A stretch of DNA of 64,000 nucleotides from positions 64,978,001 to 65,042,000 of the forward strand of contig NC_087437.1 of the NCBI RefSeq assembly GCF_036321535.1, read 5' to 3'. This DNA is from Camelus dromedarius. Its lineage: Eukaryota. The first letter of the stretch is position 1. Every line of letters starts with the position of its first letter. Shown here piece after piece: positions 1 to 14,021 of the stretch. Made by a program: the position numbers and the translations under genes. A model generated the notes under the pieces. The model had not been told where the DNA came from and searched no databases. It worked only from the letters and a program-made list of their open reading frames with translations.

Positions 1-110
1 CTAGTTTTTTAAAATCAATGGTTGTTTTGCAGATGGTTGTGATGTAGTGTGTTCATGAGAGGAGGTGAGCTCAGGGTCCTTCTTCGCTTTCGTCTTGGCC
101 ACTCTCTCTC
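1..110 (-). mobile_element. 5' end of a cetartiodactyl-type L1 running off the window
   Basis: Minus strand ...CCAAGACG..GAAGGACCCTGAGCTCACCTCCTCTCATGAACACAC resembles L1 5' UTR starts as recalled. Confidence 0.6.
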
Positions 111-3100
111 ATCCTACAGCATTTTGATCAGAAACCATGTCCCCTAAAACTCACTTTCTTGATAAAATGGAAATACACAAAAATTTTATAACAACATGAG
201 TATAGGACATACATATACAGTTTGAACAGTATGTTCTGGGACACATACCTTATCTCACCATTTCAAACAAGAAAGGTCACATTCATTGACTACAGCTGTA
301 GATGTTCAAAATTGAAATAAAAATATCCTATAATATATAGTTATAAAAATATGGGAAATGTAAATTATAGTCCTTGAAGCCCTATAGATCAAGATAAGAA
401 AGCTGAAAGATCAAGTGTAATAACTTCTGAAGAAAAGGCACTGAGTTTGGTCAGGAAGAGGTAATTAGTGATCTTTGAAAATAACTTCAGAGAAATGCCA
501 AGGTATGAAGCTAAACCTTTTAGACAAGGGCTGAGAACAAATGGTTAAGGAGAATATAAATGGGGAAAGGAGATCTGGGCCATGTCTTTATGAACAAATG
601 GTAGAGCAGGACTGATGAATGAAATAGGGTACCTTTTTTTTCTAAGAGAGACTTAAAGATATTAAAAATCAGCAAGAGGCTGAGTGAATGAGACTCTAAG
701 AAAGTTTCAGAAATTAAAGGTGTTTGGGGGAGGCTCCAGAGAGGTAGGAAAGATGAGAAACCTAAGCCAGGGGGCTTCACAAAGAATCAAGAAATAATTT
801 TTAGATTCAGATCTGCTGTCCCAGAAGCCACCATTCAACCAAGGATTTGCACCAAAATCAAGCCCACATGTGTACTGTATACCTAGACAGCAGAGCCCAG
901 CTGACTGGATTTTCTGTGTTCTTCTATTCCCCAGGAGAGAGAGAGCTCCCATAGTGGAAGGAGTGTGGTCATTTAGTCACTGAACACAGCACTACTTCTG
1001 CGGCTGCTTCTCAGCTCCCGAGTGTCATCAGCATCACCGAGATGTCCAGCTGACTTGGGAGGGACTTTCCAGCTGACTTGAGAGTTTGTATCTAACTATA
1101 GGTTTGTAGCTAATGGTTTTGGGTTAAATTCTGAGAATCAAATAGAATTTTTTTAAGAAGTTTGAGGAATTAATGGCTCTAGTTTTATCCTTGTTTCACA
1201 CTCTGCATATTTAGATAGTCTCTGACTTGTAATGAACCCTAACTGGGATGTGATCCCTCAGGAACTTAGTAGCCTGGGTCTTCAACTACATTACACTGCT
1301 CAGAACCATGGCCATTCTCAAAGTGAGGAATCTTTAAGAGGAAATCTATGGAGTATGACAGGGAGATTTCCATGGAAACTTGTCTCTCCCTATAGCATAT
1401 CTAGAGGATCCTTCCATGTTATGAGTCTACCGCCCCCAAGACTGGTCCTGAGTTCCTCTGAGGGTCCACCCAGAGATGGCGCAGGAAATAACTCCAGCCA
1501 TGTGCCCTCTCATGGGCTACTTCTTATAAGTGTAGAAAGTCACAGAGGAGCAATTTTGTACCAGTCTTATTCCTGTCCTTTGTTTTCCTCTTTTTTTCCC
1601 CCTACATCTAATTTATATGTTCTTATAGAGTATTTATCCACTAAAACCATTTTAAATGCTTCTTGGGAACAACAGTCATTAAATTGTACACTTAAAAGGA
1701 GTGAATCCTATGATATGGCTACTATACCACAATAAAAATCTGAAGTATAGTAGATGAACACCATTCCAAAATTTTTTCTCTGCATATATAGTGATAAAAA
1801 TCCTTTTAAAATGTGTTCAAATGAATTCTAATTTTAATTAAAAACTTTTTTCTTTAACAGAAGACAAGAAATTGAAGTGAAAGAAACTAGAGGTTTTGTT
1901 AAAATCTTTCATTTCCAGGATTTTTTTTTAAAGAGCCCCCCTCCCCACCTCAGATTATGAAAAAAGATAAAGGAAAATGGTGAGCAATTGGCATCCCTGT
2001 GCTTTAAAATCCCAGGTTTCAAACGGACTTCTTGGTATAAATATGAGAATGCTAGCAACTCTCATATTTCCTCTAATCTCTCTGCTCCTCACCTCCCAAT
2101 TTAGTCTTGTCAGAATAAAGTTCCCAGTTATATTTAATTTATAAAACCTGAAAAAGAAATAATTTTTATTCAGGATATTTTCCAAATTCTGCAGAAGGAT
2201 GACCATATTAAATCAAAAGCTGTTCTGGTCTTTTATAATTCTGTAGAGATAAATGCTGCACTTCTGTTGGGGTGTGTCATGGACAGAGTTCTTAAAGTTC
2301 ATTTTAAGTTCCAAAATATCAAGACAGGAACTAGCCAGGTGTTTGGACTTTTCATTATCTCAAACATATTTCATAATTCTTGACAAAGATTTGCATTTCA
2401 GATTAATCATTAGACAGTTTGATAGCACAAGAGTCTTCATTTCCTTACCTTGAATAGCAGGAAAATACAGGAAAGAAATCGTAGGTAAGATAGGGCGTAG
2501 TCAGGTTTTATATTACTGGAGACCTCACCTGAACCTGAATTAGTAAATACAACCTTCCTTTTGATACTCAGGCCATAAATAATATATCGTTCCCTCTAGA
2601 TTCTATTAGCAGAAAAAAAGTGATTTACAACATAGTGTCTGAATTTAAAAAGTACTTTTAGGACCTGTTATTGATCTTGTTTAGTTTCCTTTTAAGTTAA
2701 AGTTGATGATGCCTTTCTTAAAGAGAAGCTCAAATTTTGGTTTACATATTTCATCCCTTATAGATGAGATATATTATTCTATCTTCAAATACATAAGTAT
2801 TATTTTACCAAAGTTTATATTTATAACCTGCTTTACAGTCATCTTTCTCATAATTAGTATTTGTTTTATATTTAACACAGCTTCTCCATCCCCGAGTTCT
2901 TTATTTTTATTCATCTTTTCTTATCTGGATTTCATCACACACAGCTTTTGCAAGAGGTTCTCTCATAAAGGCAATCTTCCTTAAGTTCATTCATGTTTAT
3001 GAAAGCTGTCAGTGACCCTAAAAATTCAATCAAATTTTGATATAATTTTTTTCTTTAGAATATTGTACCAACTTCTCCATTATCTTTTGGTATAGAATGC

Positions 3101-3152
3101 TGCTGTGGAAAAACATGAGGACAGTCTACGGGGATTTTTTCTTTTCTTTGTA

Positions 3153-3340
3153 GATCAGTGGCTCTTAAAGTATGGTCCCTGGATCAGCAGCATTAATATT
3201 ACCTGGGAATTCATTAAAATGAAAATTTTCAGTCCCCACTTTGTAGCTACTGAATTAGAAACTTGGAGCATAGAATCCAGTAATCTGGTTTAACAAACCA
3301 TTCAGGTGTTTCTCATGCATGCTAAAGTTCAAGAACTGAT
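3153..3340. mobile_element. MER5A-like hAT-Charlie MITE
   Basis: CAGTGG.TCT.AAAGT.TGGTCCCTGGA.CAGCAGCAT...CATGCTAAAGTT..AGAAC consensus-like. Confidence 0.75.
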
Positions 3341-3619
3341 TAAATATTTACTTTTTCTGTCTGAACACCTGAAGATTTCTTACTTTGAAATTTAATAGCC
3401 TAATCCAGGATATCTTAGAATCGAGAGTTCTCTATCAAAATTTCCTGGATTCATCTTTCAGTGTGCACTGATTGGTCACGGACATGTAGTAAACAAATTA
3501 ATCATTTGGCTCTTATAACTCTGGATGGCCATACAGCTCAAGATAGTTTTAATTTATGCCTGCCTGTTGTCCCAGGATACTTATTACTAGTGTCTCCTTT
3601 TACTCTCAGAACTGTCCTA

Positions 3620-4480
3620 GTTTGGATGATAGACTGCGTGGTCACCCCATTTATGACCATTGAGTCCTGTGGCTTGCAAAATACCTATGACTGATCAAGA
3701 TGCTGTGTGGACTCTGTGGAAGCCCTGATGGGAGATGCAGAGTAGAGGCCCAGAGGATTTTGGAGCAAAATCTTGCCTATTTTGAAAATTATCCTTATTT
3801 TGAGAGGTGGCTCTTGGCTTGCTATTGGGCTGTGGTAGAGACTGAACACTCACTTGGCTGTAGAATACCAGCTGCCCGACATGATCTACCAAGCCATAGG
3901 GTCAGGCATGCCCAGCAACACTCTTTCATCATGTGGTATATTTGGGACTGGGCTTGAGCCAGAGTAAACTGGATGAGCAGGTGGCTCTCACTCCTGGTGT
4001 GCTACTCCAGTTGCATTGCCATCCTGCCCTCATTTTATGCTTAAGCCACATGAAGTGCTCTCTATGGCCAGTTGACTGAAGAAGAAAAAAAAATCTGAGC
4101 CTAGTTTATAGACAGTTTTTCATGACAGCTAGAGCTGGCTTCTGCAATGCAGCAGCCGTACCAAGGAGTGGCTCTTTAGTAAAAGAATAGGGAATTCCAT
4201 CCGGTGGGCAGAATTTTAAACAGGACGACTTACTGTCCATTTTGCCCACAGGAAAGCTGGCCTGTGGAGCAGCTCTAGACTAATACATGGATAGGGGCTA
4301 ATGATTTGGCAGGACAGCCAGGGCCATGAAAGGAATAAGCTATGAGGATTGGTAACAAGTTGGTCTTGGGAAAGAGGTATGTGAAGGGATCTCTCAGAAT
4401 GAACTTGGAGTGTGAGAATATGTGTGTCCTGTGTAATGCTCACCAAAAGGCCTTTACTTCAGAGTTTTTCTTTACCCAGG
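3620..4480 (+). mobile_element. Ancient class III ERV (ERVL/MaLR-int) pol remnant
   Basis: GFWSK and ENYPYFERWLLACYWAVVETEH, RVRHAQQHS, RIGNKLV, VNAHQ resemble the ERVL RT-connection/RNase H region. Confidence 0.75.
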
Positions 4481-4499
4481 TAAGCATGATGACCCTCCT

Positions 4500-5400
4500 A
4501 ATTTCAGTGCTAGGGACCTTATGATCAATTATTCAGTGCCAAATATTCCTGTGGGTCAAACATTATGATTACCCACACCAGTCCTTCTTATTAAAGTAAC
4601 CAGCCCAAGTTGTCTCTGGTAATTTGGTGCTACTTATCTCTGCCAACCCAAGATGTCATCATCCTTATTGAAATAATAGAACCTATTTCAATATCAGTAT
4701 TTTCCACCTTCATCTCTGACCTACAGAAGACAGCCACTGTGGTGCTTTTCAAATATGTTGGTACTACCTTCATTAATGCATTTCTCAATGTTCTTCTGAC
4801 AGCTGTGTCCTCAAACTGGGATGGCTTGAGTGGCTAATACATAACAAGTCCACTTTGACATTGTCATCTCCCTAAGTCTTTCTGTTCCTTCTTTTATAAG
4901 GGATTTCTGGTATTTCAACTCATCATAGGCCAGAAGTGAATCCAATTTTCAGTCTACAAAAAGATAAAATAATTAGAATTCTACCAACTGCATGTGATAG
5001 CACACTGAATCCAGAATCTCTGGTAAGTGCAACTATGTAATAATGTCAGCCTAATTGAAATGATTTTCCTCCATTTCTGGTGTAGTAACTTCATAATTTG
5101 GTTCCATATACTTTCCTCCAGGTTTTTGCTGATAAACATTAGTGCAGTTTTGTAACTCGTTTATCATGCAAGCCTTTTGCTCCCAAATTTGACTTGGTAA
5201 TTGGTCCCACAGGCATTTCAGGATCTTCCTCTGGCCGCAGATGTGGAGGCAACAAAGGGGAGTTGGGTAGGGCGTGAAGAGAACTGGCACTCACTTGCCT
5301 GGTAATTACCTCAAGTAGGGTCATTACAGGGTCTTCAAGCAAGGCGGGATCACCATCAATCAGGAGTGAAGGGGCTGCTCTGCTGGCAACAGAGGCTCTC
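4500..5400 (-). mobile_element. Ancient class III ERV gag-like remnant
   Basis: Minus-strand fragments ELQNCTNVYQQKPG, ALTRDSGFSVL, EGTERLREMTMSKW, EDTAVRRTLRNALMK resemble ERVL gag. Confidence 0.65.
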
Positions 5401-7079
5401 AGTGTTTGCAGTTAACAGATTCCTAGAGTCATCTGAATTCTTCTAGGATAACCGTTCCAATTCCTGGGTCCCCTGTGTTCCTGACAGCCTGTCCCCTTTT
5501 CTTTCTCACTGTTCCCTTGTCTGTTTTTGTCTCTTCCTGTTGTTGCTCTTTTTGTCTCGCTTACAAGCTGTGTGCCTTCATACTTCAGCTTTTCTCTATG
5601 TATTTGCTCATCTGTCCTCTCAGCTGACCACCTTCTTTTACATGATTCTAATCTCACCCCTGTGTAACTTTTGCTTACACAAAACTAGCTATGCTGCCAA
5701 CACCCCAGCCCCCCAACAACCTACGCATCCTTCAGTTTGAGTGCCCTACACCATCTGACTGGCTCTCTGAACCTTTGCCTCAATTCTAAACTCTTGAGAG
5801 ATTCTGATGAGCCCTACTTGGGCTGATGTTCCACCCTTGGTCCCATCTCCAAAGATGGCAGAGTCACTTAATACCTAGGGCTTCCCTTCCTCTGGGTCGT
5901 GGCTGGTGAGGTTCTGTAAGAGAGGTTTGGGCTGGGAGGATCCTGTGGAGGATGTGAAAGAAATATGATACAATCCTTGTCTTTAGGGAATTTAATACCA
6001 TGGCTGACAGCCTGCTGTGCTTCATTATTAGTATTCTGCCTCCTTTTGAGTTTCTGTAATTGAATACTGTAAAGATTATAGTTGGAGTTAGGTGAGGGTA
6101 GATTTACAACAATAAAGTTCTAATTTACTGAAGATCTGAACTTCCTTTCCTACGCGTTAAAGCTTAACATAGTAGATTGTAGTATTTATGGAGTCCCTAC
6201 TGTATCCCCAAAGCTTTGCACATATTTTATTCTCTGAGAAACTCTATTAACACTTATTATCACCCTCTACTCTAGTCTCAGAGAGACTAAGAAACTTTGC
6301 AAAAAGACCCACAGTAGTAAATAGAGATTCAGACTAGAGTTTGTCATTCCAGGCTCCATGGTTTTTCTAGTAACAATACAAAGCTCTCTCTCCAACCAGA
6401 GCAATAAGGAGCTTACCTTTAGTTAAAATGAAATCCACTTCTTTTAGAGATCCTAGTGTCTCAGAGGCACCAGAACAAAGCAGAAAACAGGCATGTTAAA
6501 GGAGAATTGCGCTGGCGTTGTCTGTTATGGCGCAGCCTAGAAAGGAGGCCACTCCTCAAGCTGCACATTGCAGCACAGTCTGTGTGCCACCATACAGGAC
6601 ATGTAATTTCTCAGGGACCATACAGGACCTTATAAATCCTCCCCAGATGCCATATGAAGCGTTAATCTTACCCTTGTGAAGACCTGTACTATAGTCTGTG
6701 GAAAAAAGAAAAGGTCAACAAAACAAACACATTGTGCTTAGATTTCTAGAAAGCAGACTCACAGGAATTCCTAGGTTTCTTTTTGTTGCCTATGTATCTC
6801 AGACAGGATGTAGAGAAGCCTACGAACTGGAACCACCAATAGGTGCAACCGAAAAAGTCCTCCATAATGGCTGTCCTCCTTAGCCAAAGAACCACCAGAA
6901 AAAGAGCAGTATAGCAGAATAGAAAACTTTTTTTTCTTCTACTACCAATCCTACTTCAGCCAAACACCAATGGAAAAACTATCTCCCCCATTATAGTTTC
7001 TGTGGGTCTGAGCCGGGAGTTGAACGTTCATCTGTCAACCAACGACAGCATTCTGATTCCCCCACCACAGCGGTGTTCA

Positions 7080-9050
7080 CAAGGTCAAAGTCCCAGAAGG
7101 AGAGAGAAAGAGACAGGAAGGGAAGGAGAGGGGGAGAAAGAAGGAATGGAAAGAGAGAAAGAGAAATAAGACAGAATCAATAGTCAAAGAGATAATGGCT
7201 AAAATTTTTCCAAAACTGATGAAAGATATCAAGCCCCTGATTCATGGTGACCTGCAAACCCCAGGCAGGTTGAGCATAAAGAAGAGCACGTCTTGGTACA
7301 TCATGGTAACAAGAATAAAAACCAAGATCAAAGGATAAATTTTATAGCAGCTAGGAGGTGAAAAATACTACCTTCAATTTAAGTTGATTTGATGTTGACT
7401 TTTTAACACGATGATGGAAGTTGGAATATAAGATGTAAAAGAAAATAACCACTAATCTGGAAATGTAGGCCCTCAAAATACATACAGCAAAAATATTCTT
7501 CAATAATAAGAGGATCTGCAGATCTGCAGATACTAACTACTATATATAAAACAGATAAAGAGCAAGGTCCCACTGTATAGCACAGGGAGCTATATTCAAT
7601 ACCTTGTAATAGCATATAATGGAAAAGAATATGAAAAAGATATATATATATATATATGTCTCTCACTATGCTGTACACCAGAAATTAATGACTCCAGGGG
7701 ATAGGGGGAATAGAGGAGAAATACTTTTTTCAGACTAACAAAAAATGAGAATGCATTCCCAAAGAAATTGCACTAAAAGAAAAACTAAAGAGTTCTTCAG
7801 GAAGAATGAAAATTATCTCAGATAAAAGCATGGAAATGCAGGAAGGAATGAAAAGAGAAAGAGTAAATACATGAATAAATCTAAATGAATATTGAGCATA
7901 TGCAATGATAGTAATATTGTTTTGCGGGGTCCAAAATATATGTAGAATTAAAATCCATAAAAACAATACAAAAAGAAAAGAATAAATGGAATTATAATGC
8001 TCTAAAATCCAAGAATTGCCAGGGCAGTAGTTAAATTAATCATGTGTATTTACTATAAGAAGCCCAGGGTGTATGTAATAATCTGAAGGGTAATCACTAA
8101 ATACATTTTTTAAAAAAGAATGTACATAACCAAAAAAAAGCCAATAGTAGGGGAAATGGAACAAAAAATATTTGATAACTCAAAAAGGAGGCAGAAAAGG
8201 AAAGCAAAAGAGATATTAAACAGGCTAATTAAACAGAAAACAAACAAAATGGAAGACAAAATCTAAATATACCAATAATTATATTACTAAATATGAACAG
8301 ACTAAATATTCAACTGAAAGACTTAGATTGGATTTTTTTTTAAAGCATATGGTACCTATAAGAGACACATGTTAAATATAAAGCCAAAGAAAGATAGAAG
8401 GTAAAAGGATGGGAAAAAATATCCCATGCAAATGTTAACCAAAAGAAAACTGATTTAACTATATTAGTATCAGACAGGGTGGATTTTAAGGCAAGAAGCT
8501 TTAGCAGAGATAAAGAAGGACATGACATAATAATAAAATAACCAATTCACTGTAAATAATATAATAATTATAAATCCACATGTAATACAACATAGCTTCA
8601 AAATATATAAAACAAAATTAAAAGTAGACAAATCTACAATCACAGCAGAGACAATTGCTCTGATATTTGTAGAGTATAGCATCTGACAGGACAGAATGTG
8701 TATTTTTTCAGGTGTACATGTACTGTTTACCAAAACCGAACTGGATCATATACTGGCCTCTATACAAGCCTCAACCAATTTCATTTCATTCAGAATATAT
8801 TCTCTGACTCCAGTGGAATTAAGGTAGACATCGATAATGAAAGGATAATTTAGACTATCTTGAAATGTATGAAAATTAAGCAATACTTATAAATAACCCA
8901 TACGTTAAAGAAGAAATCACAAAGGAAATTAGAAAGTATTTTAAACTGATGAAAATGCAACTCACAGGATCCTGCAGCTGAGCAGAGGAAATAAAACAAC
9001 ACAACATACCTGTGCTACAACATAGAAAATGATAACTATCTTCTACAAAA
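7080..9050 (+). mobile_element. Old L1M fragment (ORF1 to ORF2 endonuclease), with a younger L1 3' UTR piece at about 7525-7690
   Basis: A-rich plus strand; ORF1-like EIMAKIFPKLMKD, endonuclease-like GWEKISHAN; CTGTATAGCACAGGGA.CTATATTCAATA motif of artiodactyl L1 tails. Confidence 0.75.
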
Positions 9051-10029
9051 TAACACACAGACCACTAGTTAGGTTGAGAGACTGGAGCAATCATGTGTAT
9101 CCCAGTAGTGCATCAGAAAAGACCTCACCTAGATAAAATGGAGATCATTGGCATTAAAAAGGGGTTAAAGAATTGTGAACCTTGATATTAATGTTTATGT
9201 CTATGGATGTGGAAGATGCCAAAAGTGATTGCAGAAGATAAGCCAGAATAAGACTGAGAGTCAGATACTACAATTAGGAAGACATAAAGTTTTTGAAGAA
9301 AAAAATCTGAAAACTGAGAAGTTATGTGTTCATTGATGGCAAGAACTGTGTTACATTTATTTTTACGTCTTTCATGCATATAGCACATTGGGGACATAGC
9401 AAGAGCTCAATAGATATTTGCTGACTGAACTAACTCTTGTGTCCTCAGAAATTCATATTTATACATGATATGCTAGATGACTATCTCAAATTGAAAGGTC
9501 AGGTGATGTAGAGGTGACATATTAAGAACTGAGTGACAGAAAATGCCAGCCAAGATCTGGGGAAGAACTTTCCACACAATGCGAAGATCCTAAGGCAGGT
9601 TCAAGCTTGATATGTTTCGAGAATCAGAGAAAGTCTGAAATAATGCATGTGAAAAGTAAGATGCTAAACAATTACGCTCATTTTTATTTAGATGATAGTT
9701 ATTGAGGTACATGCCTTATCTTCCTTCTGCAGACTTCTTAAGAGTAGGGGACTCTTTTTATTCATACCCATTTATTTCTCCCATAGCTTCTGATATGCCT
9801 TTCAGGTTTAAAAAAAAAAAAAAAAGGTCCATTAAATTAAATTAAATTGTGGAGGCAAAAGGATTTGGGCAGAACTTACATAGGAATTACCAGAACCCAG
9901 GTTTCCTAATAGGAACATGTGCTTCCTTTAGGTCAAAGAATTTTTTTTTCCATTTTAGTTTTGTCTAATTGTAATAAAGAATGTATAATTAAATCACATG
10001 CTCCTGGTTTTCCTCTTACTTCATAAATC

Positions 10030-10850
10030 ACCCATTCTCATCACCTTTTCTGGATCTTCTTCCTCTTACAGATTTTTAATGTTGGAAAACCCCAGGACTA
10101 GTCCTTGAACCTCTTCTCTGCATACATTCACTTCCTAGAACATCTCCTCCAGTGTCATGGCTTTAAATACCATTTAAATGCTGATGACTCTCAAATTTAC
10201 ATGTCCAGCTTCAGCCTCATATCTGAACTTCAGACTCATAAAACTGCCAGCTCAACATTTCTAATTGGATACCTTATTGGCAACATGCACAAAACTCTTA
10301 GTTACTTTACACTCTAAACCAATTCTTACCCTAGTCTCTCTGCTCCCAGGAAATTGCACCATCATTCTCATTACTAAAGCCCCCAAATCAAAGGGTCAAC
10401 ATTGATTTCTTTCAAACCATATATGCAAACCATACTCAAATCATGTCAGTCCTACCTTAAATTCCAAGTCAAACCACTTCTCCCTACCTCCACTGCTACC
10501 ACCTTGTCCAAATAACAATCACGTTTTATTCCTGGACTATTATAAGCATCTCCCAATTGGATTCCCTGCTTCCATTCTTTCCTGTCTACAGACAGTTCTC
10601 CACTTAGTAGCCAGAGTGATCTTAAATAGAGAACCAGATTATGCCACTCCTATAGTCTAAACCTCCAACGGTTTCACATCTTACTTAGAATAACATCAAA
10701 ATGTCTTACCATTGTCACAAGGCCCCCCATGATCTGGCCCCTGGCTTCCTCTGCCCGCATCCTCCACCACTTCACACCTTGCTTACTCCAGTCCTGCCAT
10801 CTAGTCCTTCTTGCTCTTCCTCCGTGTATCATTACTTCCTCAAGCCCTTT
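10030..10850 (+). mobile_element. L2 LINE fragment
   Basis: HGFKYHLNADDSQIY (RT YADD region) and typical L2 downstream sequence. Confidence 0.75.
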
Positions 10851-11049
10851 GTACTCTCTAAAATCTTAACAGTCAGTCAAGATTAGTGAGGTAAATTTGC
10901 ACACAGATACAGTAGGTTATTCATCTTTGTTTTTTCAATATCTAACTCGATGAATGGCCTATAGTGAAACACAAAGATGTATTTGAATAAAAATATCACT
11001 CTCCTTTAAAAAAATGAGGTTTTAGCCAACCATATGATTAAAATGTAAG

Positions 11050-11490
11050 CCTTCACTGTGATGTAGTTGCCAAAAACATCTAAAGTTACCTAACGCTGCA
11101 TTAACAGAAGTGCATTGTTTGGAGACAGGCAGGTTCTAGTTCTTCTGGTCTGATCATTTCTGGAATGTTGTACATATCTGGCTCCAGATACCACGTATTA
11201 AGAGAGATTCTGACCCACGCTTGCAGTTCAGGCAAAGGGTATTTTTCAGAAGAGGTAAAAAAAGAGTGGTCAAAAGACTAGAATATGCCCTGTGAGGGGC
11301 CATGAAAGGAACTGAGAATCTTTAGCTTGATGAATACTGACTCGACTGGGGAGGTGACATGAAAATTCTCCCCAAATAGCAAAAAGTCTGCTACATAAAA
11401 GAGGGGTTTATGCTTATTCTTGTTAGCCATGAAGGAAAGAAGCAACGGTAGATTTCAAAGAGGAAGCTTTTAGTTCAACATAAAGAATTG
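11050..11490 (+). mobile_element. CR1/L3-like LINE fragment
   Basis: GCTGCATTAACAGAAG...CTGGTC.GA.CA..TCTGGA.TGTTGT, GAATCTTTAGCTTGA motifs. Confidence 0.55.
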
Positions 11491-13399
11491 TGTACCAGTT
11501 TTTCCCAAGCCAGTGTTCTGCAGAACATGTGCCATGTTAGGCGAAACAAAGTGTCTTTACTGCAGGATTTCTCAGAATCTTTAATATGCAAATGTTAAGA
11601 AGAGGATATAATATGCTTCATTCCCAAAATTCATTTATCCATAGAAACTTTTATTCACAGAACACTGTTAAGATCTCTTGAAACAATAGTTCACAGAATG
11701 GATTGAGTTAAAGCTGCTCAAAAATGAATAGAATATCTTCTAAAGAAGTATGGTCAGGTTCACATCAAGATATCTGTGGAAAATGGATGGTGGTGCTGCC
11801 ACTTCAGTACTTCTGAAAACTTGGTAACTAAAACTAAAGTATTAAAGCTTGGGAAACTGGAGCAACTTTTCTCATTACGTTTACAATGGGAGACTGACTC
11901 AACACAGTTCTAGATGAGAATAATGGAGCAAAACCAATGGAAATGAGACTGTCTAGGACAGAACATTTTTCCCTAGAAATACACTGTAGGGTCATGATAT
12001 TCCCATATCTGTCCACTGATTCATTCATTGTTTGCAAGGTAGTACTTCTCAACTTTTCTCGCCAACACAAACAAAAACCCCTCGTGTTCTACCACTCCTT
12101 CCTTCAACCCCCAGATTTTGGCAGAATCCTGATATGGGACCATTCCCCTCACCCTCATTGAGCATTGACATTTTAGAAGCTCAAATCTAGAGTATTAATA
12201 TAACTTTTTTTTTAATAAACAGGGAAATCCAGGCCTAAATGAAGAAATGGCATTTTAAAATTATGAGAAAAGTAAAAATTACCAAAACAGATCTACTACT
12301 TTGAGGCTGAAGGGAATACTACTAAAAACAAGAGTTGTATTCATGAAAATAATGTTATTAAATATTTGTTGCAATAAGCAAGATGATATAATAATAAGAA
12401 AAAGCTGTCTGGAGGGAGTATGGTCCTGCCCACCCTTGATTTGGGCACAGTGACAATGATTTCAGATTCGTGGCCTCCAGGATGGTGAGGGAATAAATAT
12501 GTATGGTTTTGAGTTTCTAAAAAAAAAAAGAAGGAAAGAAAAAAAAGAAAAAGCTGGCCCAACAACATTGAAAAGCCAGGGTTGGAAAATTATAATTAGT
12601 TCCTGCACAATTGTCCACAGGAGGGCGTAATCTAGGGCTGAAACATCATAGTCCCTAAGAAGACTATACACTGTAGAATGGCTCATCAGGACTTGCACAA
12701 TTTATACTTGTTGTTTTCCAGAACCATGTTTACTATCTTTAATTTAGTTTCCAAAGATCTGTCAGTACTGAAAAGGGGGTGTTTGGGTTAGTAGATAAAA
12801 TACTGTAATTATCAGAAAGATGTATCTTCTGTGTGTTAATAAAATGTCATTTTGTCTCCTACTATCTGTACTGAAGCATTTACTAAGGTCTTATCAAACC
12901 TGGATAAGCTGACAAGCCAGCCCCTGGGCCAGATCATACCAGACATATCAATTCTTGAGGTCCTTGTAAACAGAACACTTGCAATGGTAATGAAGAAAAT
13001 TGAAATACCATTTCTCTGTTATCTTGCAATTTTGCCCCTAAATCAGCACTTCAAAAAGTAGTGTCACCAGTTCTGAATGGCAGGTAAATCAATTCCCACA
13101 TACTTCTGATAACCAGGGACTAACCTCAGTTAGACATTTGTGTTTTTCTTGGCCATTTGGAGATACCAGGCCAGCTTCAGCAACACTACACAAGGTTTAC
13201 TGAGTTCACTGATAGACGGGGGGACATGGAGTCTAAGTGGCCTAGAAATGCCTCTATCATGGGAGAAAAGTGGAGGAGATCAGCCCAGATATGATTCTAC
13301 TTCTCTCTTCTAACCACATCGGAGTGAAAAAAGGTTGAAGATGGGTAATGGCCAAGGCCAGAGCCCGGAACTGGGGTCTAGGCAGAGTCCAGGGGGCCA

Positions 13400-13576
13400 T
13401 TAGAGCTTTGTCTTCTTGGTCTCCAGGTTGATCATGTCCCCTTGGATATGAGGAATCTGCTTATCTGCTGAGCCCTGAATATCCTTTGGCTTTATAGGAA
13501 CATAGTAGTAGCCCATGATGGAGAAGATCAAGCAGACCACCAGCAGGAGGCAGGAAAACAAAATGAATTCGGCCCA
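13400..13576 (-). CDS. SLC15A2: SLC15A2 exon 22, coding part (WAEFILFSCLLLV...LETKKTKL*)
   Basis: CAG acceptor; TAA stop at 13400-13402; PDZ-binding TKL terminus. Confidence 0.97.
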   Translation of the reverse strand, partial: WAEFILFSCLLLVVCLIFSIMGYYYVPIKPKDIQGSADKQIPHIQGDMINLETKKTKL

Positions 13577-13916
13577 CTGCAGGAAGAAATACATATAAGA
13601 GAAGAATATGGGGAACCTGACACTAAAGATATCTTCATAGGACGAAGACTGGGGACAGAGACCCAAGGCCACCAGTTTAGGAAGAGGTTTGGTAGGAGAA
13701 AACGGGACTCACTGGCCTCTCCTCACGTTGGCCCAACATGGACTCTACTGCCACTTACATATGCCTATTTCCTTGGCAATGTCTGTGTGTATCTAATCCC
13801 ACGTCAGAGGGCTGAGTGGGGAATGAGGAGGCAGAGAGTTGGGGGAAGAGGGGAAAAAGGAAGCTGGACAGAAATCCTTGGGTAGTCACGAGCTCCTGCT
13901 TCCATCAGATGCATAC

Positions 13917-14021
13917 CTGTACCAGGCCACTGAACTGGGCCACAATAAGCACGATGATATTCCCAACTGCAACTGTCAGCAGCCAGGCTGCCTGGAGTAC
14001 AGACTTCATGCTAGAGGGAGC
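13917..14021 (-). CDS. SLC15A2: SLC15A2 exon 21 (APSSMKSVLQAAWLLTVAVGNIIVLIVAQFSGLVQ)
   Basis: CAG acceptor, GTATG donor. Confidence 0.97.

Noticed and set aside
1232..1735. 167-aa ORF and the many other 60-120 aa ORFs in the track
   Set aside because: No recognisable domain or exon structure; most are chance ORFs, antisense to exons, or inside repeats
5400..5950. Possible MaLR/ERVL LTR next to the gag-like remnant
   Set aside because: Only a weak MLT1-like motif is visible; termini could not be defined
9680..12220. SLC15A2 polyadenylation site
   Set aside because: Several candidate minus-strand signals (ATTAAA at 12211, AATAAA at 11650 and 9683); cannot choose without transcript data
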